From positions 80,771 through 144,770 of the forward strand of contig JAFODP010000015.1 in NCBI GenBank assembly GCA_017380635.1: a DNA stretch of 64,000 bases, in the 5' to 3' direction. A program made the position numbers and the translations under genes. This DNA is from Bacteroidales bacterium. GTDB lineage: Bacteria; Bacteroidota; Bacteroidia; Bacteroidales; UBA1402. This document shows positions 46,696 to 56,562 of the stretch, in pieces; position 1 is the stretch's first letter, and each line of letters starts with the position of its first letter. A model generated the notes under the pieces. That model did not search any database, was not told the origin of the DNA, and worked only from the letters and a program-made list of their open reading frames with translations.

Positions 46696-49600
46696 TTAGA
46701 AATTAATGGTGATACCGGCCGCGATACGTTTGCTCGGAGGCGTTTGAGCCTTGTCCATGGCAATATCGGTGACATTCGAAGGTAAAGTTACTTCGGGGTC
46801 TTGTCCGGCATAGTTGGTCCAGGTGAACAAGTCGTATCCGGTAACGAATACATTGGCGCTGCTCAGACTGAGTTTCTGACAGAAATTCTTAGGCAACTGA
46901 TAACTCAAGGAAATGCTTTTCAGACGCAAATAAGAACAATCTTCTACGAAACGGTCGCTACCCAAGTAGTTGAGACCATATTTCCAAAGAGCGCGAGGAA
47001 TGGTGGTATCGTCGCCCGGGCTGCGCCAACGTTTCAGTACGGCCAGACTTTGGTTGTCGGTGCCGTACATGGCTTCGCTGTTCATGCGTGCCTGGTTGAT
47101 GATTTTTTGTCCCAAACGATAATGCAAGAAAGTGTTCAACGACAATTGTTTGTATCGGATGTTAAAACCGCCACCACCGGTAACGATGGGGTTGGAGTTA
47201 CCAATGTAAACCATGTCGCTTTCGTTGATGACACCGTCGTGATTCACGTCCTGATATTTGGCGTCGCCGGGGAAGCAAGTGTAAGAACCGTTCTTCATGA
47301 CGATGGCTTCGCCTTTGAGGTTGGTCATGACATTGCCTTTGGCATCACGCGCGTAAGTTTCTTCTGTGGTGTCATAAACGCCAAGGTAACGATAACCGAA
47401 GAAACTACCCACAGGCGCACCCTCGATGATACGTTTGGCATACTCGCCGTTTCTCAGAGAATAAGTCGATTCCGGCAGGTTGCTCGGCAATTTTTCGATA
47501 CGGTTGATGTTGCGGGCAATGTTGTAGTTGAGAGCAACCTTCCAATCTTTGTCTTGCAACAAAGTGTAATCCACGCGGAATTCCCAACCGGTGTTGCTCA
47601 TTTCACCAGAGTTGTAATATTTGATGGTATTGCCTTTGTAATCGTAACCCGTGGTGGTAGGAACAGCGATGCTCTTCTGCAACAGATCGCTCACATATTT
47701 GTAATAGATATCGAAAGTGGTGGTCAGACGATCTTCGAAGAATCCGGCATCGAAACCGGCGTCGTATTCGCGGGCGGTCTGCCACTTAAGGTTGTTCAGC
47801 TGAACGGATACCGGCACGATGGCAGCATTGTCCATGTAGCCGTCGCCCAAGGCAGAGTAAGTACCCATGTAAGGAGCGGTGCCCGAAGGAGCGCTACCAC
47901 TTTCACCATAGCTGGCGCGGAGTTTCAGGTTGCTCAGCCAATCCCAGTTTTGCAAGAACCATTCTTCCTTCATGTGCCAAGCCAAACCCACGGAGGGGAA
48001 GATACCCCAACGGTTGCGGCGACCCAATGAAGATTTTCCTTCAAAGTTGACCGTACCCGAAATGATGTACTTATTGAGCAAAGTATAGTTCAAACCACCG
48101 ATACCGCTCACCGAGCGCACCTGAGAATCGCCCGAACCGCGGTTCACCAAAGCTCCGTTGGTAGATGGGTCAGACGCATGCTGTGATGATACGCCGTAAA
48201 TGGTGCTCATGTAGTTGCTGCTCTGGCTGTCGCTGGTACGCCAAAGACCCGTCACCACCAAGTTGTGCTTGTTTTCCCAGTTCTTGCGGTAGATCAACTT
48301 GTTTTCGGTCTGAAGGGCCAAGTTGTCGTTGTACGAATCGGTACTCTGGTTGGCATAGATGTTGTCCATGCTCACGCCCGTGGCGCTTTGCGGCAAGAAA
48401 GCACGGTTCTTGATGGTCTTGAACTTCATGGAGATATAAGCCGTGTAAGTGAAGCCGGGCAAAATATCGTAGTTCAAGCGGAAATTCATTTTTTCTTCCT
48501 GTTGCTTGCTATTGTTGTAGCTGTCCTTGGCCATGGCAATAGGATGGAAATTCTTTCCGTTGAAAGCGCCTTGGAATTCTTCCGCATTCTGACGATTGAA
48601 ATAACGGTCGGTGGGTTCCAAGGTGGCATCGTCTATCCAGTAGGGACTCTTGTTGGGCATCTTCAACATGGCTTCAGAACGCACGTTTTCGGTCCAAGGA
48701 GCTTTCTTGTTGGTTTCGGCAAAGCTGAAGTCGGCATCCACGCGCAACTTGTCGCTGAAACGATAAGCAATGTTGAAAGACGTCGAAAGACGATTCATGT
48801 TCGTGCCGATGGTGGTGCCATCTTCGTCGGCCAAAGAAAGGCTGAAACGATAAGTAGCCTTTTCACCACCACCGCTCATAGAGAAGTTGTTGTCGAAGGT
48901 GTAAGCGCTTTGTATTACTTGCGACAACCAATCGGTAGAGGTGTTGTATTCGTTGAAGTAACGCCAGTCTTTGTTGAAGTTGATTTCGGGCGTGTCGTAG
49001 AGCAGGTCGAGCAAGTCAGAGCTGTTGGCTACACCCTTGGCATTGGCCGTGTTCCAGATAGCATCCTGGATGAAAGCTACGTATTCCTTGCCATTCAACA
49101 TAGGAATAGATTCGGGTTCGTGTTTGGCTGTAAACTTAGACGAAACAGTGAAACGAGGCTTGCCCTTGCTACCGGTCTTGGTGGTAATCAAAAGTACACC
49201 ATTAGCGCCGGCTGTACCATAAATAGCGGTAGAAGCAGCATCTTTCAATACTTCGATGCTTTCAATATCGTAGGGCGAGAGGTTCAACATGGCGGCATAG
49301 TCGTCGTTGTTGGCCGTCGAGAAGTCGAAACTATCGTCGATATCGGTAGAATAGGGCACGCCGTTAATCACAATCAGCGGATCGGCACTGGTATTCAACG
49401 TGGCGGTACCACGAATACGGATAGAACTGCGGGCACCTGGGTCGCCACCCGTCAAAATGTCCACACCGGCCAAACGACCTTGCAAGGCTTCTTCCACCGA
49501 AGTTACCGGGGTAAATGCCACGATGTCGTTCATTTGGATACGTTCGGTGGCAGCCGTTTGTTCGCGCATGGTGATACCCATTTCGCTCTTGTATTCTCTT

Positions 49601-49953
49601 CGGGCCGAAACCACCACATCGCTAAGCGCTTGAGCATCTTCGCTCATCACCACTTCCAAGCTGGTCTGTCCGGTGTAAGGAATGCTCTGGGTTTTCATAC
49701 CGATATAAGAGAAAACCAGGGTCAGCTGGCCTTTACCTTCGGGAATGCGGAGGCTGAATTCACCGTTATAATTCGTTACCGTACCTTCAATCATACGGTT
49801 CTGACTATTGTTGACAGAGATATTTACGCCGATGGCAATAGATTTTTTACCTTCGAACATTTCATACACATGGCCTGTCAGAATAGTTTGTGCAGAGATT
49901 GACATACTGATGCCGAGCACTGCAAGAAGCAACATTATCTTTTTCATAAGCAT
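46696..49953 (-). CDS. SusC/RagA TonB-dependent transporter
   Basis: IRIRGTATL, DIESIEVLKDAASTAIYG..GANGVLLITTK, PGDAKYQDVN and a C-terminal Phe. Confidence 0.95.
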   Translation of the reverse strand: MLMKKIMLLLAVLGISMSISAQTILTGHVYEMFEGKKSIAIGVNISVNNSQNRMIEGTVTNYNGEFSLRIPEGKGQLTLVFSYIGMKTQSIPYTGQTSLEVVMSEDAQALSDVVVSARREYKSEMGITMREQTAATERIQMNDIVAFTPVTSVEEALQGRLAGVDILTGGDPGARSSIRIRGTATLNTSADPLIVINGVPYSTDIDDSFDFSTANNDDYAAMLNLSPYDIESIEVLKDAASTAIYGTAGANGVLLITTKTGSKGKPRFTVSSKFTAKHEPESIPMLNGKEYVAFIQDAIWNTANAKGVANSSDLLDLLYDTPEINFNKDWRYFNEYNTSTDWLSQVIQSAYTFDNNFSMSGGGEKATYRFSLSLADEDGTTIGTNMNRLSTSFNIAYRFSDKLRVDADFSFAETNKKAPWTENVRSEAMLKMPNKSPYWIDDATLEPTDRYFNRQNAEEFQGAFNGKNFHPIAMAKDSYNNSKQQEEKMNFRLNYDILPGFTYTAYISMKFKTIKNRAFLPQSATGVSMDNIYANQSTDSYNDNLALQTENKLIYRKNWENKHNLVVTGLWRTSDSQSSNYMSTIYGVSSQHASDPSTNGALVNRGSGDSQVRSVSGIGGLNYTLLNKYIISGTVNFEGKSSLGRRNRWGIFPSVGLAWHMKEEWFLQNWDWLSNLKLRASYGESGSAPSGTAPYMGTYSALGDGYMDNAAIVPVSVQLNNLKWQTAREYDAGFDAGFFEDRLTTTFDIYYKYVSDLLQKSIAVPTTTGYDYKGNTIKYYNSGEMSNTGWEFRVDYTLLQDKDWKVALNYNIARNINRIEKLPSNLPESTYSLRNGEYAKRIIEGAPVGSFFGYRYLGVYDTTEETYARDAKGNVMTNLKGEAIVMKNGSYTCFPGDAKYQDVNHDGVINESDMVYIGNSNPIVTGGGGFNIRYKQLSLNTFLHYRLGQKIINQARMNSEAMYGTDNQSLAVLKRWRSPGDDTTIPRALWKYGLNYLGSDRFVEDCSYLRLKSISLSYQLPKNFCQKLSLSSANVFVTGYDLFTWTNYAGQDPEVTLPSNVTDIAMDKAQTPPSKRIAAGITINF

Positions 49954-52343
49954 CAGAACATTTCGTTAATAAATTGAACACAGCCATCTTCGAAAACGAA
50001 GGGGAAATAATGATAATCTCCGCAGAAATCTATTTCCTTGGCATTGTCTTCCAATAATTTGACACAAAGTTTATCGCCCTTGTCGGTGATCACCAATTTC
50101 ACGGCGTCGTAGCTGACCTTGCTGGTGACAGGATCCACAATTTCTACCGAGTTCAAGGTGGTCATGCCCTTCGAAGTATCTTCCTTCCATCCCAAGTAAG
50201 GATAATTGCTGACACCGGCACTCGACATGGGTACAAAATACTGCTTCATGTACATCTGCATGATAGAGTCGTTGTTGACGCTGCAATGCGCGAAAACATC
50301 ATCACCTTCTACGTAAGAAGCTTTGTCGAAATATAGTCCGGGAATACTATCCTTGATAGCAGCGAAAACGGCTTCGTTGGTGGGCACCAGCATCATCTGC
50401 AATTCGCCTTCCTGTACAAAATTGAAAGAAGCTTCGTTGTACATGCCGGCCATTTCCAGAAGATTGACAAATCCGTAATACGGCAACTCAGCATTGACGA
50501 TGTTGTTTTTCATCATGCCCTGGAACGATTTGTAAGTGGTCTTTCCTGCCGTACTGGGCATAAGGTCGCCCTCGTAAGCATAAGCTTTACCATTGCTCCA
50601 GTTGCCGTCTTCGGTGTACGATTTCAGCTCGTGGAAAGGAGCGAAAATTTCTTCTTCGGTTTTGGCCGTGGGATAGATCAATTGGTTGAAGCTATAGCTG
50701 TTACAAATCTTGCCGTCCTTAAAGTATATATAAAAGGTGTAGTCGGGCGAGAAAGTTCTGAAAACCTGCGTGCCGCTTGCCAGGCTGTCCAATTCGTTGG
50801 CGCTGCCTGTGCAGTTGGCCAAGTCGATAAAGTGCGCATACGAATTTTCGCTCTTCACGCCGGCGCTCACTTCTTTGCCATCGATGGCGATATAGGTTCT
50901 TCCCGATTGGCTCTTTTGCTGGTAACCGGCAGCCTTGAACTGATCGTCGTTGGGCATCAAGGCAATGAAGTTCATGTCGGTACCGTAGAGCATGCTTTCC
51001 ATGTCGCCCAGGCCGGCCAACATTTCCAGGAAGAATCCGTAGTGCTTGTACTGATAAGCCGGACCGGTCACGGCAGCAAACATGGCAGGAACCGCCAAAT
51101 CTTCGCAACCATAAAGCAAACCATTCTGGCAGAGAATACGATATTTTTCAGGCACTCTGTCCAAATCCAGGCTGATGGGCGATCCATAACTGTTGATGAC
51201 GTCGCCGCGGCGAATTTCTTCGGGGAAGGCAATGTTGCCATCGTAGTTCTTTCCGTCTTCGCTCTTTCCTTTGTAAACGCAGTTGAACAGCAATTTCTTG
51301 ATAGATTCTCCACTTACATTCGACAAAGAAGCATAACCGCCCTTGGCCCAATAATTGTTGAAGAACTTGTTGAGTGCATCATTGGTAGGCGCAAAAATGG
51401 TATAACCTACCGACGAAAGAGTGGTGAGTTGTGAATAATCGGTGCTGGGCCATTCGCAAGCAATTTGAGGCATGGGGTCGAGGAACAGATGTTCGTACAG
51501 ACGCTCGCCATTGCCATATTCCAACGAAAGCGTGGGATTGTAAGCGAAATATTCGTACTTCTTGTACAAATCGAGGAACATGGTGAAGTTGCTGTCTCTT
51601 TTCAGCTCGCTGTAAATGGTGTTCACCGGCTCGAGCACGCGGTCTATTTCGTGTACGTAACCATTGCTGGTAATCTGGTTGCCCTTGGTTACGGCAGCAC
51701 CGGCCACATTATAACCAATACCCGTGGGATTCCATTCCGTGTTGGGGAAGAAGTAACGATAATTTTCTTCCGCATCGATTTGCTTGGTGTTGAAGTAATT
51801 CTGCGAGAAAACCGGCAAGAAACGTTCGTGATGATAAATGGTGACGTCTTGCTGAATGGTCTGATAATATTCCTTGGTGTTGGCATCCTTGCTTTTGGTA
51901 CGATGCTTGTAGTACATGCCGGCATTGACGCGTTTTTCTTCGTCAGAGACGTCGTCGCCTTCTTGTGGACGGAAATTGTTCAATTTATCGGCGCTGTAAG
52001 CATAATACATCAGGTGAAAACCGATAAGTTTGTCCAATTCGACCGAATCCATTTCTTCGATGCTGTTCAGCCCTTTTGCCTGCAGATACTGGGCGAAGGC
52101 TTCGTCGTTGGGAGCCATGACGGTAAGAATGCTCTTTCCATCCACCATGTCGCGGAAACCTGCCAGCTCGATACCTTTCAAGAAGGTTGAGTAATGTCCG
52201 TCTTTCTCCAAGACTTCGTAGCAATTGCCTTTGATCCAATCGGGACGTTCGTAGTATTCCGCCATATAGTCGCGGCAACTACTCAGCCCCAATAGTGTCA
52301 GGCAAATGAGCCACAAGACATTTTTAGAACATAATTGTTTCAT
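49953..52343 (-). CDS. Multi-fasciclin-domain lipoprotein
   Basis: Lipobox LSSC, TVMAPNDEAF, SNGYVHEIDRVL and YTIFAPTNDAL. Confidence 0.85.
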   Translation of the reverse strand: MKQLCSKNVLWLICLTLLGLSSCRDYMAEYYERPDWIKGNCYEVLEKDGHYSTFLKGIELAGFRDMVDGKSILTVMAPNDEAFAQYLQAKGLNSIEEMDSVELDKLIGFHLMYYAYSADKLNNFRPQEGDDVSDEEKRVNAGMYYKHRTKSKDANTKEYYQTIQQDVTIYHHERFLPVFSQNYFNTKQIDAEENYRYFFPNTEWNPTGIGYNVAGAAVTKGNQITSNGYVHEIDRVLEPVNTIYSELKRDSNFTMFLDLYKKYEYFAYNPTLSLEYGNGERLYEHLFLDPMPQIACEWPSTDYSQLTTLSSVGYTIFAPTNDALNKFFNNYWAKGGYASLSNVSGESIKKLLFNCVYKGKSEDGKNYDGNIAFPEEIRRGDVINSYGSPISLDLDRVPEKYRILCQNGLLYGCEDLAVPAMFAAVTGPAYQYKHYGFFLEMLAGLGDMESMLYGTDMNFIALMPNDDQFKAAGYQQKSQSGRTYIAIDGKEVSAGVKSENSYAHFIDLANCTGSANELDSLASGTQVFRTFSPDYTFYIYFKDGKICNSYSFNQLIYPTAKTEEEIFAPFHELKSYTEDGNWSNGKAYAYEGDLMPSTAGKTTYKSFQGMMKNNIVNAELPYYGFVNLLEMAGMYNEASFNFVQEGELQMMLVPTNEAVFAAIKDSIPGLYFDKASYVEGDDVFAHCSVNNDSIMQMYMKQYFVPMSSAGVSNYPYLGWKEDTSKGMTTLNSVEIVDPVTSKVSYDAVKLVITDKGDKLCVKLLEDNAKEIDFCGDYHYFPFVFEDGCVQFINEMF

Positions 52344-52349
52344 AGGTAG

Positions 52350-54023
52350 TTATTTAATAATTGTTTTCTTGTTTCTTCCGATGTAAATGCCGCTTTGTTG
52401 AGGCTCGTCAGTGGGACGTCCCTGCAAATCGAACCAAACTTGCTGTTGCTGAGATGCTTCGCTCTGAACGCTAGGCAGGTTTGTAACAAAATCGTTGGCA
52501 TCGCCTCCGGCAATATAGTCGAAGTCGCTCAATTCGGCCTTGACAATGTGTTCTACCAAGGAATTGATGTAAACTTCTAGATAGGTGTAACCGCTTTCGT
52601 GCTTGTTGTTGCGGTCGAGCGGATATTTAGGGTTCAGGCCATGAGCTTCTTCCCACTCGTCGGGCATGCCGTCTTGGTCGGTGTCCTTGGGCTTTTCACC
52701 GCCTTCCAAACTGGGCCAAGCGCTCCAGTCGGCGGGAGCTCCGCTGGGTTTCAAGTCGTTCTGAGAATCGATGATGCCGCCCACCTTGCTGACATTGCCT
52801 TTGAAAGTGGCTTTGCCTTCGCGGGTTTCCTTGACGATGCGTTCATCGATAATGTCGCGGTCGAGCGAGCATCCGGCCGTTGCCAAAACCTTTTCGAAAG
52901 CATTCTGGGCCGAGTGTGTGGTGACCAATCCGGCATCCAAGGGCTGGCTGCGGCGCATAGCTTTTTTCTCGGCAGCAGTGATGCTGGCAGAAATGCTGTT
53001 GTAGATGCCGTAGTTCCAGTTGTCTTGGCTGCATGCGCGTTCGTAGGCGTCGGTGGGCGTGGCGTAAATGTCGCTGCGCGAAGAACACCAGTTGCCGCTG
53101 ATAAAATATTCACCCCATTTCGGGCGGTTCGGGTCGTAATTGTCTGCCTTCGGGTCGTTGGGACTGATGCCCATGATCATGCTGCGACGCGTGCTTCCCG
53201 TCTTGGTCGATGGCCCCGGCTTGTAGTAACAATTGATGATATTGGCATTCATGCCTTCGGCACCATAAGCACCCACCACGGCTCCATAATTATAGATGAC
53301 ATTGTTGCGCAAATCCACGTTGTCCACTTCGGGCACCTGGTAATCGTGGCCCAAGCGAGGCGAGCGGCTGCTGTGATGTGCCAAGAGGTTGTGATGGAAC
53401 GAAGCCGAAGGTCCGCCCCAGATACCGCCGTAGCCGTGTCCACCTTTTTGGTGGTTGCTATATCTTAAACTTTCGCTGATGATACACCATTGCATGGTGA
53501 AATTTTTATCGCCGTAGAAGGAAACGCATTCGTCGATGCTCCACGAACAAGAGCAATGGTCCACAATGACATTCTTGATGGCGCGTCCACCCAAGGCGTC
53601 GTCTTCCACTTCCAAATGAAGGTCGCCCATTCTGACGCGGATGAATCGCATGATGACGTTGCTGCAGTTGATACGAACCGGATAACCGGCAATGCAAATA
53701 CCTTCGCCCGGCGCAGTTTGTCCGGCAATGGTGACATTACCTTGGTCGATGTTCAAATAATCGTCGAGGAAAATAGTGCCGGCTACGTCGAACACGATGG
53801 TGCGGGCGCCGCTTTTGTTCAGACAATAACGCAGCGATCCGTAAGGAGGATTGTCTTTATCGTCTTCCAAATTGGTGACATGATAGACGGCTCCGCCGCG
53901 TCCGCCACTGGTATAGCGACCGTGGCCCTCGGCTCCGGGAAAAGCGGGCAATGTTTGCGCGAAGCTTGGAAAAACTAAGCTTGTCAGCCACAACAATGCG
54001 ATGGCAATAGATGTTTTCTTCAT
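52350..54023 (-). CDS. Pectate lyase, PL1 family, with a T9SS-type C-terminal tail
   Basis: AFPGAEGHG..TSGGRGG, TIAGQTAPG, IVDHCSCSWSIDE, RSPR and DTDQDGMPDEWE. The tail is WFDLQGR...GIYI...KTIIK. Confidence 0.92.
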   Translation of the reverse strand: MKKTSIAIALLWLTSLVFPSFAQTLPAFPGAEGHGRYTSGGRGGAVYHVTNLEDDKDNPPYGSLRYCLNKSGARTIVFDVAGTIFLDDYLNIDQGNVTIAGQTAPGEGICIAGYPVRINCSNVIMRFIRVRMGDLHLEVEDDALGGRAIKNVIVDHCSCSWSIDECVSFYGDKNFTMQWCIISESLRYSNHQKGGHGYGGIWGGPSASFHHNLLAHHSSRSPRLGHDYQVPEVDNVDLRNNVIYNYGAVVGAYGAEGMNANIINCYYKPGPSTKTGSTRRSMIMGISPNDPKADNYDPNRPKWGEYFISGNWCSSRSDIYATPTDAYERACSQDNWNYGIYNSISASITAAEKKAMRRSQPLDAGLVTTHSAQNAFEKVLATAGCSLDRDIIDERIVKETREGKATFKGNVSKVGGIIDSQNDLKPSGAPADWSAWPSLEGGEKPKDTDQDGMPDEWEEAHGLNPKYPLDRNNKHESGYTYLEVYINSLVEHIVKAELSDFDYIAGGDANDFVTNLPSVQSEASQQQQVWFDLQGRPTDEPQQSGIYIGRNKKTIIK

Positions 54024-54052
54024 AAGGAAATAAAAGTGAAAATTTTCGTAAG

Positions 54053-54177
54053 CAAAAGTAGCAAAGCATACCTACAATAGGGTGTAGCATTATTCTCAAT
54101 AGGTGGATATTTTGTCAAATAATCGGCCTAAAGCGATAAAATATCCACCGATTATTATTTCGCGCGCGATACATTTG
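54053..54177. promoter_or_regulatory. Divergent promoter region of the pectin locus with candidate operator repeats
   Basis: -7 boxes TACTTTTG (minus, 54053-54060) and TACATTTG (plus, 54170-54177). 12-bp inverted repeat ggtggatatttt/aaaatatccacc. Direct repeat caatagg about 22 bp apart. Confidence 0.6.
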
Positions 54178-54224
54178 CAGCGATTCAAACGAATTCCTTT
54201 TTTAAATTTTAATTTATAAGCTTT

Positions 54225-56432
54225 ATGAAAAAAATTACTCTTTTCCTCTGTTCTTTGATGCTCGCTTTCGTAGCATCTGCGAACGTGATCGTAGTAGATA
54301 GTGTACAGCATTACCCCACAAAGTATGCTGCCGCTATGGACGGTGATACCCTGTTGCTTTACAGCGGTACTTATGCCAACCAAAACTTCCCCGTGGCCAA
54401 ATGTCTCACCATTATGGCTCCTGATACCTGCGAAGTATTTTTGACAGGTGAAATTAAAGGTCAAGACGGTACCGATTACACTGGTTCTGGTTTGATTTTC
54501 GAAAATGTGACCATCGGTGATGGTGCTTCTTATTTGTTCAACTTTGGTTACAGTGGTACTCACGGTGTGGTAAAAACCATTACTTTGAAGAACTGTGTAC
54601 TCCAAAATGTTAACCGTTGTTCTTTCTACATTAATAGCGCAGGCATTACAGTAGACGATATCACTTTCGAAGGCTCTACTTTGAGAAGTTTGAACTCAGG
54701 TAACTGGAACTTCTCTTGGTCTACCGCTACATTCAACAAAATGACCTTCAACGAATGTACTTTCTATAGTAACAATCCGATGGAATCAATTCTGTTGCCT
54801 CGTACCACCAGCGAAGGAAGTTTGAAGTTTACCTTCACCAAGAATACCTGGTTCACTGGTTGTCGTGATGCTAATCGTTATATCCTGCAAGCTGGCGGTA
54901 GCTACACTGGCGAAGAAAACACCCTTATCATCAAGGATAACGTTATCATTGCTCCCGAAGGTACCAATGCTGGTAAATTGTTCTCTATCTCCGCAGGTTG
55001 GTGGGAAGGCGAAATCAGCCACAACTTGATCCACGGTTGGGTATTGCCCGAATTGGGTGAAGATTTCGGTGTATTGGAAGTTTCTGACAACTATACTTTG
55101 GAAGACCTCGGTTACACTTCTACCGCTGCTATCTTTGCTGATGCTGCCAATGGCGATTTCTCTATCTATGCAGGTATCAGTCCTCTCGATGGCAAGGCTT
55201 CTGACGGTAGCTCTTTGGGTGCTTCAAAATGGTTGAAGGCTGCCGACAACCTCAAGACTTTGACCACCGGTTTGGCCGAAGGCGTTGACGCTGCTGCAGG
55301 TACTATCTCAGGTCCTAGCGGTAATGTGGCTGCCGGTACCAATGTTACCTTGACTGCTGTTAAGAACTTCGGTTTCAAATTCGTGAAGTGGGTTGACGCT
55401 AACGGTGCTACCTTGAGCGAAGAAGCTGTTTATACTTTCGAAATGAAGGAAGATGTTACCGTTTTGGCAGTATTTGCTCCTGTAAACGTTTACAAACTTA
55501 CTATTAATTGTGTTGGTGGTGGTTCTTATACTGTATCAGAAGCCGGTAAGGATGGTTTGTTCGAAGAATACGAAGAAGGTACCGAATTGATGATTACTAC
55601 CGTAGTTAATAAGGTAACCGAATTTGTTATGGGTACCGAAGCTGCCGGTGAAATGTATTTCACTCCCGAATTCGCCATTGTGATGAACAAGGATTTGAAC
55701 ATCACTTTGGAATTTGTTCAGAAGGATTACATCTGTGGTTGGGACAACTTCTTTGATGGTGCTACCAACAGCCGTCCTGCCGATTACTTGAGTGAAGATT
55801 ATGCATTGGCCGAAGATTCATCTAACATTCCTGCTTTGGAAATGTACTACACCTACCTCCCCGGTGCTCCTCACGGTGGCTGGTGGAACCGCGATGGTCA
55901 AGGTTTGATCTGGCTTCGTTGTAACGAAAATGGTTCTGGCGATGAGTTCGACAAAGACTCTACCATGTTTTTCAAGGATCAGGGCTACTACTTGCAGACC
56001 GCTTTCTCTACCAAGGGCTACAAGACCGACGTTACTTTCTTTATCTCTATGAAGGGTTCATATCGTTACTATCACGAACAACTCGTACAGTATTCATACA
56101 ATGCTATGAGCTGGGAAACCGTTGACACCCTTACCGTTACCGGTGGATTCCAAGATTATGAAACCGTTCTTCCCAATACTGCCGATCAGGAAATCGTTTA
56201 CGTTCGCGTATATCCCAACTTGAATGGTCCCTTCGATATGAACCGTTACTTCGATACCTATGGTTTGTATTTCGACAACATCTTCTTCGTGGCTGAAAGC
56301 AGCCTCAATGCTATCCAGGCTCCTAAGGCTGAAGGTGAAACCGTTATCTACGACATCATGGGTCGTCGTTTGATGAATGCAGAACGTCCGGGTCTTTACA
56401 TTATCAATGGTCAAAAAACCTTGGTAAAGTAA
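54225..56432 (+). CDS. Secreted beta-helix (DUF4957/DUF5123-like) protein with B-repeats and a T9SS-type tail
   Basis: Signal peptide, GDTLLLYSGTY, beta-helix-like repeats, FADAANGDFS...LGASKW and tail IYDIMGRRL...GLYIINGQKTLVK. Confidence 0.7.
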   Translation: MKKITLFLCSLMLAFVASANVIVVDSVQHYPTKYAAAMDGDTLLLYSGTYANQNFPVAKCLTIMAPDTCEVFLTGEIKGQDGTDYTGSGLIFENVTIGDGASYLFNFGYSGTHGVVKTITLKNCVLQNVNRCSFYINSAGITVDDITFEGSTLRSLNSGNWNFSWSTATFNKMTFNECTFYSNNPMESILLPRTTSEGSLKFTFTKNTWFTGCRDANRYILQAGGSYTGEENTLIIKDNVIIAPEGTNAGKLFSISAGWWEGEISHNLIHGWVLPELGEDFGVLEVSDNYTLEDLGYTSTAAIFADAANGDFSIYAGISPLDGKASDGSSLGASKWLKAADNLKTLTTGLAEGVDAAAGTISGPSGNVAAGTNVTLTAVKNFGFKFVKWVDANGATLSEEAVYTFEMKEDVTVLAVFAPVNVYKLTINCVGGGSYTVSEAGKDGLFEEYEEGTELMITTVVNKVTEFVMGTEAAGEMYFTPEFAIVMNKDLNITLEFVQKDYICGWDNFFDGATNSRPADYLSEDYALAEDSSNIPALEMYYTYLPGAPHGGWWNRDGQGLIWLRCNENGSGDEFDKDSTMFFKDQGYYLQTAFSTKGYKTDVTFFISMKGSYRYYHEQLVQYSYNAMSWETVDTLTVTGGFQDYETVLPNTADQEIVYVRVYPNLNGPFDMNRYFDTYGLYFDNIFFVAESSLNAIQAPKAEGETVIYDIMGRRLMNAERPGLYIINGQKTLVK

Positions 56433-56467
56433 GAAAAGGAGTAAAATATCCATAATTAACTGAAATG

Positions 56468-56500
56468 AAGGAGGGGACGGTAAATCTGTCCCCTTTTTTT
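56468..56500 (+). terminator. Rho-independent terminator
   Basis: aggggacgg-taaat-ctgtcccct followed by a T run. Confidence 0.75.
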
Positions 56501-56562
56501 GTACGATAATCCACATCCCAAGCATGGCTTCGTATCTATCTTTGCAGAAAAATTAGAATAAT

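Noticed and set aside
36896-49902. Long antisense ORFs (36896-38413, 39371-41362, 46801-48030, 48265-49902)
   Set aside because: Shadow frames opposite well-supported susC/susD genes, caused by codon bias. No recognisable motifs.
54102-54149. Invertible (phase-variable) promoter
   Set aside because: The inverted repeats enclose only 24 bp, contain no -7 box, and no recombinase is nearby.
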